Numbered from the stretch's first letter, positions 25,135 through 33,951 are shown. The stretch is 36,702 nucleotides of DNA from a virus (IMGVR_UViG_3300037787_000010:1-36702), one strand, 5' to 3'. Program-made: numbers and translations. The notes: generated from the letters alone by a model not told the origin.

Positions 25135-25952
25135 TTAAAGTAATAACCTGCCACCACCACAGGCACAAGATAGCAGAACTGTTCTACTTAGGTATAGATC
25201 GACTTAAAACAGGGATGTATAACGTTCAAGTGTACGCAGCGATAACGAAAGGCGATGAGGGTAGTATAGCACTTGCTGAGAAGTACGGAGCGAAGTATGT
25301 GCTTACTGAGAATAATCCGTTAGGGAAGAAGTGGAATAGTGCTTATCAGTTGGCTTGTAGTTCCGGTAATAAGTCGGACGACATAATCATTTTAGGGGAG
25401 GATAATGTTTTGAGCGTGCAGTATATCGACTACGTTTATAATTTTGGAGAGTCTTTAACTGTATTCGGTCTTAAAACCTGCGGGATAGTAGACCTACAAT
25501 CAAAGACCGTTAAGCGATGGACGTACAAGGATGACTTGCAACTTATCGGGGCAGCTCGTATATTTTGGCAGCCAAAGCCTTTTGTAGTAGGTAAGCCAGT
25601 GCGACCTATCCGAATAGGTAACTACGCTTTAGATGTGAACAGGGATATTCCTTTGCATCCCGGTACGCTTAACAACAACGGGAGGAATATAGTCAAGGCT
25701 AAAGAGATATACGCCCTTTGGGATGATAAACTTAACTCAGGACTTGACAGGTCGAGCGAGGCGAACCTTGCGCTGTTAGGTTACGACTCAGTGCAGTTCG
25801 ATGACGGCAGGATTCACGTATTGGACTTTAAGAGCAATGCGAACATACATAAGTTCTCAGAGTTCAAAGGCTGTGAGGAAACGGATGAGGATTGGAAGTG
25901 GTTTCTGAGCGATGAGGAAAAGGAGTATTTGAAAGTTAATTTTGGATTGTAA
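25131..25952 (+). CDS. Glycosyltransferase-like protein, GT-A fold (273 aa)
   Basis: N.PLG.KWN, ILGED, IGAAR, GLD motifs. Confidence 0.6.
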   Translation: MIKVITCHHHRHKIAELFYLGIDRLKTGMYNVQVYAAITKGDEGSIALAEKYGAKYVLTENNPLGKKWNSAYQLACSSGNKSDDIIILGEDNVLSVQYIDYVYNFGESLTVFGLKTCGIVDLQSKTVKRWTYKDDLQLIGAARIFWQPKPFVVGKPVRPIRIGNYALDVNRDIPLHPGTLNNNGRNIVKAKEIYALWDDKLNSGLDRSSEANLALLGYDSVQFDDGRIHVLDFKSNANIHKFSEFKGCEETDEDWKWFLSDEEKEYLKVNFGL

Positions 25953-26019
25953 CGGTTTGGCTATGATTAAGCGAAGCGACCCGATAGGGTTAATTATAGC
26001 CTTTGTTACCTGCTGTGGC
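25950..26019. mobile_element. attC-like hairpin, cassette 2
   Basis: TAAC-ggtttg-GCTATGATTAA-[GCGAAGC, CCCgataGGG]-TTAATTATAGC-cttt-GTTA, then CCTGCTGTGGC. Confidence 0.8.
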
Positions 26020-26059
26020 GGGATTTTGAAAACGAATTTTAATTTAAAACAGAATAATT

Positions 26060-26368
26060 ATGGACTTAGAATGCCCTTATTGCGAAACAGAACTTGAAGT
26101 TTGTCATGATGATGGATTTGGCTATGAAGAAGGGGTTAAGCATCAAATGGAATGTAGCAATTGTGAAAAATCATTTGTGTTTGAAACTTCAATTTCATTC
26201 TACTATGAGCCTGAGAAAGCTGATTGCTTAAATGACGGAAAGCACAAATGGAAACCGCAAACTTCCTACCCGAAAGAGTTTACAAAGATGGAGTGCCAAA
26301 GCTGTGGCGATACGAGAAACCCAACGGAGGATGAAATGAAAGAAATACTATCTGAAACGGTATCGTAG
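26060..26368 (+). CDS. Cassette 2 cargo: multi-CxxC zinc-ribbon protein (102 aa)
   Basis: CPYC, CSNC, C.....H, CQSC. Confidence 0.85.
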   Translation: MDLECPYCETELEVCHDDGFGYEEGVKHQMECSNCEKSFVFETSISFYYEPEKADCLNDGKHKWKPQTSYPKEFTKMECQSCGDTRNPTEDEMKEILSETVS

Positions 26369-26379
26369 CCATTGCAGGT

Positions 26380-26459
26380 AACTAGGATATAAACGCTATA
26401 AATATGTCGATAACAACAACCATCATGTTTCTTATACGCAGAAATCAATACACCTTATG
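26380..26459. repeat. 80-bp attI-like element, copy 2
   Basis: AACTAGGATATAAACGCTATAAATATGTCGATAACAACAACCATCATGTTTCTTATACGCAGAAATCAATACACCTTATG; aligns without gaps to copies 1 and 3. Confidence 0.85.
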
Positions 26460-27050
26460 AACCTATCAATAATAATCCCTTTCAACAAGGATAGAGGATG
26501 GCTAAGCAAAGCCATTGAGTCGGTAGAAAAGCAGACCGAACCTTGTGAGCTTATTCTATCGAAGTCAGACAATACTTGCGCTGTGAACCTTGCGAGAGGT
26601 TTAGATCAAGTCAAGACAGAGTATTACGCTGTACTTGCAGAGGATGACTATTTACACCCTCACTTTGCCGAAAGGATGCTGAAGGGTATTGGCGACGCTG
26701 CAATGTCTTTCTCCGATGCTTGGAGGATAGACCCGAAAGGGAATACTAAGCTGTGGCGGTCAGCTTATCACGGTCACAATGACTTGTTAGGAGGAACTTT
26801 AATTCATGGTGGTGCTGTGATGTACCACACGGAAACGGTCAGAAGGCTCGGAGGTTACGATGAAACGCTAACCACAGCAGAAGAATACGACTTACACTTG
26901 CGTATGTCGTTTAATGGTTGTAAATTCGCTTACGTAGGTTATCCGCTTTACTATTACAGGCTTCACGGGGATAACAAAAGTAAGATTACAAGAGCAAACA
27001 GATCCGAGCGTAAGACTTACATTAACCAAATTAGAGATAGATACAGATGA
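26457..27050 (+). CDS. GT2-family glycosyltransferase (197 aa)
   Basis: SIIIP.N, AI.SV..Q, L.EDD, GGYDE.L..AEEYDL.LR, YYYR.H. Confidence 0.9.
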   Translation: MNLSIIIPFNKDRGWLSKAIESVEKQTEPCELILSKSDNTCAVNLARGLDQVKTEYYAVLAEDDYLHPHFAERMLKGIGDAAMSFSDAWRIDPKGNTKLWRSAYHGHNDLLGGTLIHGGAVMYHTETVRRLGGYDETLTTAEEYDLHLRMSFNGCKFAYVGYPLYYYRLHGDNKSKITRANRSERKTYINQIRDRYR

Positions 27051-27706
27051 AAATACTTAATCTATATGCATGTTTAGGAGGCAACCGTTATAAGTGGGAC
27101 GAGGTGACAGATGTGGATGTTACAGCGGTAGAGCTTGACCCTGAACTAGCAAGACTTTATCAAGAGAGGTTTCCTAATGACGCGGTTATCGTTGCAGACG
27201 CTCACCAATATTTGCTTGACCATTACAAAGAGTTTGATTTTATTTGGAGTTCACCGCCTTGTCCTACGCATAGCAGGGCTAGGTTCTGGGGAATTGGAGC
27301 AAACGGAAAAGACCCCGTCTATCCAGATATGAAACTTTACCAGGAGATTATATTTTTAGAACATCACTTTAAAGGTAAATACGTAGTTGAAAACGTAATA
27401 CCATATTATACCCCGATGCTTCACTGTCAAAAAAGAGACAGGCATTTATACTGGACTAACTTTAAACTACCTAATGAGTTATCTAAAAGAGAAGGTAATT
27501 CAGGATTAGTTAGCAACAGAAAGGATGAGGTGAGTTTATTAAGTGATTTCCACGACTACGACTTTAGAAAGTATAAAGGCAGTCAAAGGACTGATAAAAT
27601 TGCCCGTAACCTGGTAGACTACGAAGCAGGTAGAACAATACTTGAAGCTGCTTTAGGAGTGATAAGAAAAGAGAATGAGAATCAACTAGAAATGTTTGAA
27701 GAATGA
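27047..27706 (+). CDS. DNA cytosine-5 methyltransferase-like protein (219 aa)
   Basis: LYACLGG (motif I), SPPC (IV), ENV (VI), RH. Confidence 0.85.
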   Translation: MKILNLYACLGGNRYKWDEVTDVDVTAVELDPELARLYQERFPNDAVIVADAHQYLLDHYKEFDFIWSSPPCPTHSRARFWGIGANGKDPVYPDMKLYQEIIFLEHHFKGKYVVENVIPYYTPMLHCQKRDRHLYWTNFKLPNELSKREGNSGLVSNRKDEVSLLSDFHDYDFRKYKGSQRTDKIARNLVDYEAGRTILEAALGVIRKENENQLEMFEE

Positions 27707-28452
27707 GAGTAGCGAGTATAGCAACATACGTAGATAGATTAGGCGTTTTACCGGATGCGGTTAGGTCACTTGCCCCGCAGGTGGATGTGGTTCAGATTTA
27801 TTATAATGGTGAGCCCGATGATGCCGGATACTTTATTGCGCTCAATTCTTTAATTAAGGTCGCAGCAAAGTATGACACAGAAATGTACTTAACTCCAGTT
27901 AAAGACCTCGCAGACCTTTCAAAGTTTCGTGCCATTTGGGACTATCCCGATGCAACGATATTCACCTGCGATGACGATTTAATCTATGACCCTGAATATA
28001 TCTACAAGCTCTCTAAGAACCTTTACCATGACCCACTGATAACAGCGGACGTTGTATCGTTAGGTGGTAAGGTAGTAAAGGAGGGAAAGCCGTTTGAAAG
28101 GGCGAAGAAGTGGAAAGACCTATTCCTAAGCCGTGTAACGTGCTTTAGCAAGAACAACCTATGGATGCAGACTACCACGCTGGACATTCCTTTAAGCGGT
28201 GTTTCTGTATTCAAGGCAAAGGATTTTCAGGATTGCAAGATAGACGAGAAGTATAAATACGCTGCGGACATTCAACTCGGTAAGTGGTGCAAGGACAAAG
28301 GTCTTATCGTGAAGAACGCATGGAATAGACCACGGTCACTTGTGAAGTACAATCCGAAGATGAACGGTAAGGAAACAATATTCGATAAGCACACGTCAAA
28401 AGACAACCGAATAGTGAGTTTAGTCAAAGAAATTTGGAAAAGTGATTTATAA
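27703..28452 (+). CDS. Glycosyltransferase-like protein, GT-A fold (249 aa)
   Basis: SIAT...R...L...V.SL..QVD and TCDDDLIY. Confidence 0.75.
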   Translation: MRVASIATYVDRLGVLPDAVRSLAPQVDVVQIYYNGEPDDAGYFIALNSLIKVAAKYDTEMYLTPVKDLADLSKFRAIWDYPDATIFTCDDDLIYDPEYIYKLSKNLYHDPLITADVVSLGGKVVKEGKPFERAKKWKDLFLSRVTCFSKNNLWMQTTTLDIPLSGVSVFKAKDFQDCKIDEKYKYAADIQLGKWCKDKGLIVKNAWNRPRSLVKYNPKMNGKETIFDKHTSKDNRIVSLVKEIWKSDL

Positions 28453-28486
28453 TACTTTCCTTTGTGTAAACAATAAACAAAAAGTT

Positions 28487-28867
28487 ATGTACGATTTTCA
28501 CTACAAAACAACACAATTCACAGGTAAGGTCACTCAAGTAGACTACGACTCTGAGCCTGAACACGAAACCTACGAACTACCGCACGACATTTGCGTGGAG
28601 GTGGTTAAGCATAACGGTAGCTTTCTCCCTGTGGTATGGGACAGGCAGTCTAACGTGGACGAAAAGTTTATGAATGACATGAGTGAAAAGCTCGAAGAGT
28701 GGCTTATTAAAGACCTTATACCGTGGGGCGGTGACTTGCACTACGTAGAGCTTGATAACGGTATTTGCGTTTACGACGACGCACACAATAGAGGTCGCCA
28801 TATTGGATGGGCTGTTATTCAGGCTTGGATTATTGACGAACTAAACGATTACACCCATGAAGATTGA
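28487..28867 (+). CDS. Hypothetical protein (126 aa; start re-called to MYDFHY)
   Basis: A-rich leader; promoter-like TTTG...TTCCTTTG at 28433-28464. Confidence 0.7.
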   Translation: MYDFHYKTTQFTGKVTQVDYDSEPEHETYELPHDICVEVVKHNGSFLPVVWDRQSNVDEKFMNDMSEKLEEWLIKDLIPWGGDLHYVELDNGICVYDDAHNRGRHIGWAVIQAWIIDELNDYTHED

Positions 28868-29126
28868 CACAACATTAAAGGTTAATAGAGTTACTGATTT
28901 TCCTTGCCTTGCTAAATTTGAAGAGGATGGGGATATAAAGGTTAATATATTCTTTGACTACTCTACCTCTATATGTGTGAAAAACACTTTTAATGATGGT
29001 ACTGTTTTAGGGGAACTTAAGAAGTACGGAGACGAGGGAGGATGGTACTCTTTAGATACATTTGAGAGGATAGAAGGTTCTACCGAAATCCACTTTAAAC
29101 TTAGAGAACCATTATTAAGTGAGTAA
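28857..29126 (+). CDS. Hypothetical protein (89 aa)
   Basis: Overlapping start. Confidence 0.7.
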   Translation: MKIDTTLKVNRVTDFPCLAKFEEDGDIKVNIFFDYSTSICVKNTFNDGTVLGELKKYGDEGGWYSLDTFERIEGSTEIHFKLREPLLSE

Positions 29127-29161
29127 ACCAACCTTTACAAAACAAGCGAAAAAACGATAAA

Positions 29162-29743
29162 ATGTCAGAGATAATTTACACACCAGCAATGGCGAAAGCC
29201 CTTGCGACTTTTCAAGGAAAAGAAATTGAAATTGACCTAGATGCCGACGTTAAGATAAAGTTGAAGACAGGCGGTGAAGTGAAGTTTAAGTATGCTACCT
29301 TAGGCAACATAGTGAAGAAGATACGCCCCGTGTTAAAGGAGGCGGGGCTATCTTTCTCTCAGCTTATAGATGCTGAACACGGCAGACTACTCACACGCAT
29401 TATCTGCGTGGAAGATGGTAGTTACTTTGAGAGCGCAATGCCTATGACCTTAACGGGCGATCCGAAGAACGTCGGTGGGAATATAACCTACTTCAAACGT
29501 TACAGCCTATGCGCTGCACTAGGTATTGTCGCAGAGGATGATAAAGACCATGAAGGAACGGAGTCCACTACGAAGCCTGTATGTACTCAGAAGTTCCTTG
29601 ACGACATTCTAACCCGTACAAGAAATGGTGAGGAAGGTCTACTTGAGAAGTATATCGCTACCTTTGTAGTGGACGTACATCAAATCAGAGAAATACATAA
29701 CGCAGAAATAGAAGCACAGAATGGAACTAACGGGAACGATTAA
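29162..29743 (+). CDS. ERF-family ssDNA annealing protein (193 aa)
   Basis: KYATL..I.....P.L...GL...Q and G..ITY.KRYSL.A.LGI..EDD.D. Confidence 0.9.
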   Translation: MSEIIYTPAMAKALATFQGKEIEIDLDADVKIKLKTGGEVKFKYATLGNIVKKIRPVLKEAGLSFSQLIDAEHGRLLTRIICVEDGSYFESAMPMTLTGDPKNVGGNITYFKRYSLCAALGIVAEDDKDHEGTESTTKPVCTQKFLDDILTRTRNGEEGLLEKYIATFVVDVHQIREIHNAEIEAQNGTNGND

Positions 29744-30065
29744 ATTAGTAAAGGATATACAGACTTTTGACAGCGGATTCCAAAAGCGTGAGTTCGTACT
29801 CACTACCACAGGCGAATATCCGCAAGACATTAAGTTTGAACTCCTGAAGGATAACGTGGATAAGCTGAATAAGAGCCACGAAAACCTACCCTTTGAAGTA
29901 CACTTCGATATACGAGGGAGGGAGTACAACGGAAACTACTACAACAACCTGGTATGTTGGAAGGTGAAAGCACTGTATGAGAACAACGCAGACGGAAGCC
30001 ACACGCCACACGGAAAGGTAAATGACGCTTTCGACGGAACAGGAGATGAAGACCCACCGTTTTGA
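29721..30065 (+). CDS. DUF3127-family OB-fold SSB-like protein (114 aa)
   Basis: FQKREFV....YPQ.I.FE, F.IRGRE, YN.L..W, acidic tail ending DPPF. Confidence 0.85.
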   Translation: MELTGTIKLVKDIQTFDSGFQKREFVLTTTGEYPQDIKFELLKDNVDKLNKSHENLPFEVHFDIRGREYNGNYYNNLVCWKVKALYENNADGSHTPHGKVNDAFDGTGDEDPPF

Positions 30066-31378
30066 TAATCGACAGCAACGAAATATTCTTTGAAAAGCAG
30101 AGGGCGGCATTAGCTGCCCTTGCTAATGATACACCCCACACAGAAGTCCTTTATGGGGGCGGTGTAGGCGGTGGTAAGTCCGTAGTCGGTGTAGGATGGC
30201 AGATAATGCGTAGGCTTAAATACAAAGGTAGTAGAGGGCTTATAGGACGTAGTAAGCTATCGGCACTAAAGAACACTACTTTAAGGTCATTCTTTGAAAC
30301 AGCAAAGCGAGATTTCAAGATGGAAGCCGGGAAGCATTACAGTGTGAATAACCAGAGTAACATCATTACGTTTTTCAATGGCTCTGAGATATTCCTTAAA
30401 GACCTATTTCTGTACCCATCCGACCCTGACTTTGACAGCTTAGGTTCGCTTGAGATAACAGATGCTTTTATAGACGAGGTTACACAGATAACCCCGAAAG
30501 CATGGAGCGTTGTGAAGTCACGTATGAGGTACATGGTAAGCGATGAAATCAAGGGCGTGATACTTGGCACTTGTAACCCGGCAAAAGGATGGGTGTATAA
30601 CAACTTCTATAAGCCATATACAGACGGCACACTACCTGAGTACCGTTGCTTTATACAAAGCCTTATAACGGATAATCCTCATCTCCCTAAGTCTTACATC
30701 GAAAGTCTAAAGACACTACCTGAACAGCAACGTAAAAGGCTTTTAGAGGGTAATTGGGACTATGACGATAGCATTGATAGGCTGTTCAATTACGATGACC
30801 TTACCTCAATGTTCAGGAATGACAACACGGGCGATAAGAAGTACATCACAGCGGACATCGCAAGGTTCGGAAAGGACAGCACGGTTATAGGTGTATGGAA
30901 AGGCTTTACCCTCATCGAGATTGAGGAAATGAAAACAAGCTCGGTAGATGAATCGGTAAGGTCGATTAAAACGCTTATGCAGAAGCACAGCGTGAACCTT
31001 TCTAATGTGGTAGTTGATGGTGATGGTATTGGTGGGGGCGTGGTAGACTACCTGAAGTGCCGTGAGTTTGTCGGTGGTTCATCGCCACTCAACAACAAAA
31101 ATTGCAAAAACCTGAGAGCAGAAGGGTATTTCAAACTCGCAGAATTTGTAGAGTCAAGAAAAATTGCTATACTTGTTGATAGCAAGAAGGAAGATATAAT
31201 TCGGGAGCTTGATAGCACAAGAAGAAAGAACCCTGAGTTGGACGGTAAGCTGCAAGTAATAGGTAAAGACCAAATCAAAGCGATGAACGCCGGGCAATCT
31301 CCAGACTACGCTGACATGATAATGATGAGAATGTATTTTGAATTACGCCCGAACTACGGGGTGTATGCTATTGGGTAA
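30062..31378 (+). CDS. terL: Terminase large subunit (438 aa)
   Basis: Walker A YGGGVGGGKS, Walker B AFIDE, TCNP, nuclease motifs ADIARFG.D and SPD.AD. Confidence 0.93.
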   Translation: MIIDSNEIFFEKQRAALAALANDTPHTEVLYGGGVGGGKSVVGVGWQIMRRLKYKGSRGLIGRSKLSALKNTTLRSFFETAKRDFKMEAGKHYSVNNQSNIITFFNGSEIFLKDLFLYPSDPDFDSLGSLEITDAFIDEVTQITPKAWSVVKSRMRYMVSDEIKGVILGTCNPAKGWVYNNFYKPYTDGTLPEYRCFIQSLITDNPHLPKSYIESLKTLPEQQRKRLLEGNWDYDDSIDRLFNYDDLTSMFRNDNTGDKKYITADIARFGKDSTVIGVWKGFTLIEIEEMKTSSVDESVRSIKTLMQKHSVNLSNVVVDGDGIGGGVVDYLKCREFVGGSSPLNNKNCKNLRAEGYFKLAEFVESRKIAILVDSKKEDIIRELDSTRRKNPELDGKLQVIGKDQIKAMNAGQSPDYADMIMMRMYFELRPNYGVYAIG

Positions 31379-31447
31379 CGGTTTGGCTATGAAGCGTTGT
31401 GTAGTGCAACGGAACAATGATTTATAGGTGTTGTTATGCACCGTTAA
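31376..31447. mobile_element. attC-like hairpin, cassette 3
   Basis: TAAC-ggtttgg-CTATGAAGCGTTGT...ACAATGATTTATAG-gtgtt-GTTA, then TGCACCGTTAA; first 17 nt identical to cassette 2. Confidence 0.8.
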
Positions 31448-31463
31448 TTTTAAAATAATAAAG

Positions 31464-31673
31464 ATGAAAAGTTTAATAGAAGTATTTAGAATGACAGAAG
31501 TTAGCAACAAGGTAAGAGCTAACATAATAGTAAAACTTGGTAGAGCAATAAACCACGAGTACGGTATGAATATAACCGAACCTCTTGTTGCGGAATTAGT
31601 TTACCAACTTGACGCTGAACACGAAATATTTAAAAATGAAATGTATTTGAAGCACGTGAACGGCACTGCTTAA
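31464..31673 (+). CDS. Cassette 3 cargo: hypothetical protein (69 aa, MKSLIEVF...)
   Basis: ATG after an A-rich leader; track start 31428 is inside the hairpin. Confidence 0.7.
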   Translation: MKSLIEVFRMTEVSNKVRANIIVKLGRAINHEYGMNITEPLVAELVYQLDAEHEIFKNEMYLKHVNGTA

Positions 31674-31681
31674 TGGTGCAT

Positions 31682-31761
31682 AACTAGTGGATAAACGCTA
31701 TAAATATGCTTATAACAAACACCATCATGAATGTTATACGAGAGAAACAACACTCTTTATG
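31682..31761. repeat. 80-bp attI-like element, copy 3
   Basis: AACTAGTGGATAAACGCTATAAATATGCTTATAACAAACACCATCATGAATGTTATACGAGAGAAACAACACTCTTTATG. Confidence 0.9.
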
Positions 31762-32175
31762 AAAACACTTACAACACTACTCCTACTCATAACCCTTTCC
31801 GCTTCGGCTCAACTCGAAGCGTACCACCTTTATAAAGTGTACTATCCTGATACTGAAGTCACGGTAGTAAACGGCACAGGTTCGGCACACGCTTACCTGT
31901 TAGCGAATTGGGGGACTACGAACGAAGTCGCAGACTTGAACGGTGATGGAGTGGTGAGTGCTTCGGATAACAATATCTTACTCGGTAGTTGGGGGCAAGT
32001 GCTTTGGAACGAGGCACAATATAACTGCGGTGGTAAGTTCACGCAGTACCAATGCTTTTCCTTGTTCATTCAAGACCAAAAAATGTTTGTCGCAGGCTGG
32101 TATCAATACGCTTCAGATGTCGTGAGAGTAACCACATTTAACCCCGTTGCAGAATGGTACTTCGTACAATTATAA
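31759..32175 (+). CDS. Secreted protein with dockerin-like motif (138 aa; start re-called to MKTLTT)
   Basis: Signal peptide ...LSASA-Q; LLANWG...ADLNGDGVVSASDNNILLGSWG. Confidence 0.75.
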   Translation: MKTLTTLLLLITLSASAQLEAYHLYKVYYPDTEVTVVNGTGSAHAYLLANWGTTNEVADLNGDGVVSASDNNILLGSWGQVLWNEAQYNCGGKFTQYQCFSLFIQDQKMFVAGWYQYASDVVRVTTFNPVAEWYFVQL

Positions 32176-32612
32176 TCCTATCCGTACTCCTTTCCTCATG
32201 CTCTGCTGATTGGCACATTAAAAGAGCATTAAAGAAAGACCCTAGCATCTACAAGTCTGCTATCGTTAAAACGCATTTAGACAGCTTTACAGTCATTACA
32301 GGCGGTGTTAAGGTAGATACTATCTTTAAGTACGAGAACTTACCACAGGACACCTTTATAATGGAGCGTGATAAGTTTAAGACGGTGGTCATCACAGACA
32401 CGCTTTTTAAGACGTTATTCGTTGAAACGGAATGTTACCCGGACACGATTGAAGTAGTCCGTGAAATCCCTGTAACAGTCTTACAGCCGATAGTAGACGA
32501 ACGCACATGGTGGGAAAAGAAAATGGAAGGACTAGGGAAATTCCTCTTCCCAATTTTGCTAGTGTTAATTGTTCTTCTTATATTGCGGTTTGTAATTAAA
32601 AACGCTAAGTGA
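32154..32612 (+). CDS. Lipoprotein with C-terminal TM helix; candidate unimolecular spanin (152 aa)
   Basis: LLSS-C lipobox, beta-rich middle, TM FLFPILLVLIVLLIL followed by a basic tail. Confidence 0.6.
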   Translation: MVLRTIIILSVLLSSCSADWHIKRALKKDPSIYKSAIVKTHLDSFTVITGGVKVDTIFKYENLPQDTFIMERDKFKTVVITDTLFKTLFVETECYPDTIEVVREIPVTVLQPIVDERTWWEKKMEGLGKFLFPILLVLIVLLILRFVIKNAK

Positions 32613-33010
32613 TGGAAATAAAAGGTATAATAGAATTAGGCGACAACATAGACTTAACTTGTTGCACATCCTTAGAAGACCTAAAAATTGGTGGGGTTTC
32701 TTTATATTCTTTACTTGGTAATTTCTTCAACCAAAGTGAAGCAGAATATTGGGAGGATTACAAGAAAGAATCTCCTAAATATTCAATGAGATATGTTATC
32801 TTAGACGAAGAGCCTAAAGAGATGATTTCATTTGAAAGCCTATCCGCAAAAGTTGTGACAGAAATGTTGTACTGTGACCATATAAGTGGTTGTTATTCAG
32901 AGTGGACTTGTGGGTATGGGGGTTTTGATTACGTTACAGGAGATGATGGACACTCTATATTTACAGAGTTAAAGTCTTATTTAGGAAAGTATGTATATTT
33001 GAAATTGTAA
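32609..33010 (+). CDS. Hypothetical acidic protein
   Basis: AT-rich ORF; promoter-like TTTG...TATATTGC at 32555-32586. Confidence 0.7.
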   Translation: MMEIKGIIELGDNIDLTCCTSLEDLKIGGVSLYSLLGNFFNQSEAEYWEDYKKESPKYSMRYVILDEEPKEMISFESLSAKVVTEMLYCDHISGCYSEWTCGYGGFDYVTGDDGHSIFTELKSYLGKYVYLKL

Positions 33011-33011
33011 A

Positions 33012-33308
33012 ATGCCATACCCTAAAGTAGACAAGAACCAGCCCGAAATAGTCTCAGCACTCCGTCAAATGGGTGCTGAGGTATTCCACGTTCACATGGT
33101 TAAGAACTTCTTTGATATACTCGTAGCTTACAAAGGTAAACTGTACGCTGTGGAGATTAAAAACGGCACAAAGCCTGAGAGCGCAAGGAAGCTAACGGAA
33201 GGCGAGGAAAGGTGTAAGGTTAAGCTAGAAGGTGTAAACGTGCCTTATAACGTGGTTACAAGCGTTGAAGAGGCTATTGAATTGATAAGCAATGAACTAC
33301 CGAAGTAA
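33012..33308 (+). CDS. PD-(D/E)XK nuclease, VRR-NUC/resolvase-like (98 aa)
   Basis: KVD.NQ.EIV..LR..G, D.LV, VEIK, LT..E. Confidence 0.8.
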   Translation: MPYPKVDKNQPEIVSALRQMGAEVFHVHMVKNFFDILVAYKGKLYAVEIKNGTKPESARKLTEGEERCKVKLEGVNVPYNVVTSVEEAIELISNELPK

Positions 33309-33951
33309 CATAGAACTGTATAACTGCGACTGTATGGAGTACATGAAAGGCTGTGAAGATAATCAGTTCGACCTTGCTATCGTTGACCCACCTTATGGGA
33401 TAGGTATAAACAAACAGTCACAAGGAAAAGGTGGTGGAGTAGCTAAAAAGATTGACTACAAAAAAAAGGATTGGGATAATTCAATACCTTCAGAACGGTA
33501 TTTCCATGAACTTAAAAGAGTAAGTAAAAATCAGATTATATGGGGTGGTAATTATTTTATTGAGAGCCTAGAAAATAGTTCTTGTTGGGTTGTTTGGGAT
33601 AAAGATAACGGTGCGTCTGACTTTGCTGATTGTGAATTAGCATGGACTAATTTTAACACAAGCGTCAGGAAATTTAAATACAAATGGGCAGGTATGCTTC
33701 AGCAAGACATGAAAAATAAAGAGGTGAGAATCCACCCAACACAAAAGCCCGTACAACTATACAAGTGGCTTCTAACCAACTACGCTAAAGAAGGCGACAA
33801 GATACTCGATACTCACTTAGGAAGCGGAAGTATCGCAATAGCCTGTGACGAACTAGGATTCGACCTTGTGGGGTGTGAACTTGATAAAGACTACTTTGAG
33901 GCAGCTAAGAAAAGATTAGAGCCGTATAGAAGGCAACAAACACTGTTTTAA
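33292..33951 (+). CDS. DNA amino-methyltransferase (N6A/N4C, beta class; 219 aa)
   Basis: VDPPY, HPTQKP, D.HLGSGS. Confidence 0.92.
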   Translation: MNYRSNIELYNCDCMEYMKGCEDNQFDLAIVDPPYGIGINKQSQGKGGGVAKKIDYKKKDWDNSIPSERYFHELKRVSKNQIIWGGNYFIESLENSSCWVVWDKDNGASDFADCELAWTNFNTSVRKFKYKWAGMLQQDMKNKEVRIHPTQKPVQLYKWLLTNYAKEGDKILDTHLGSGSIAIACDELGFDLVGCELDKDYFEAAKKRLEPYRRQQTLF

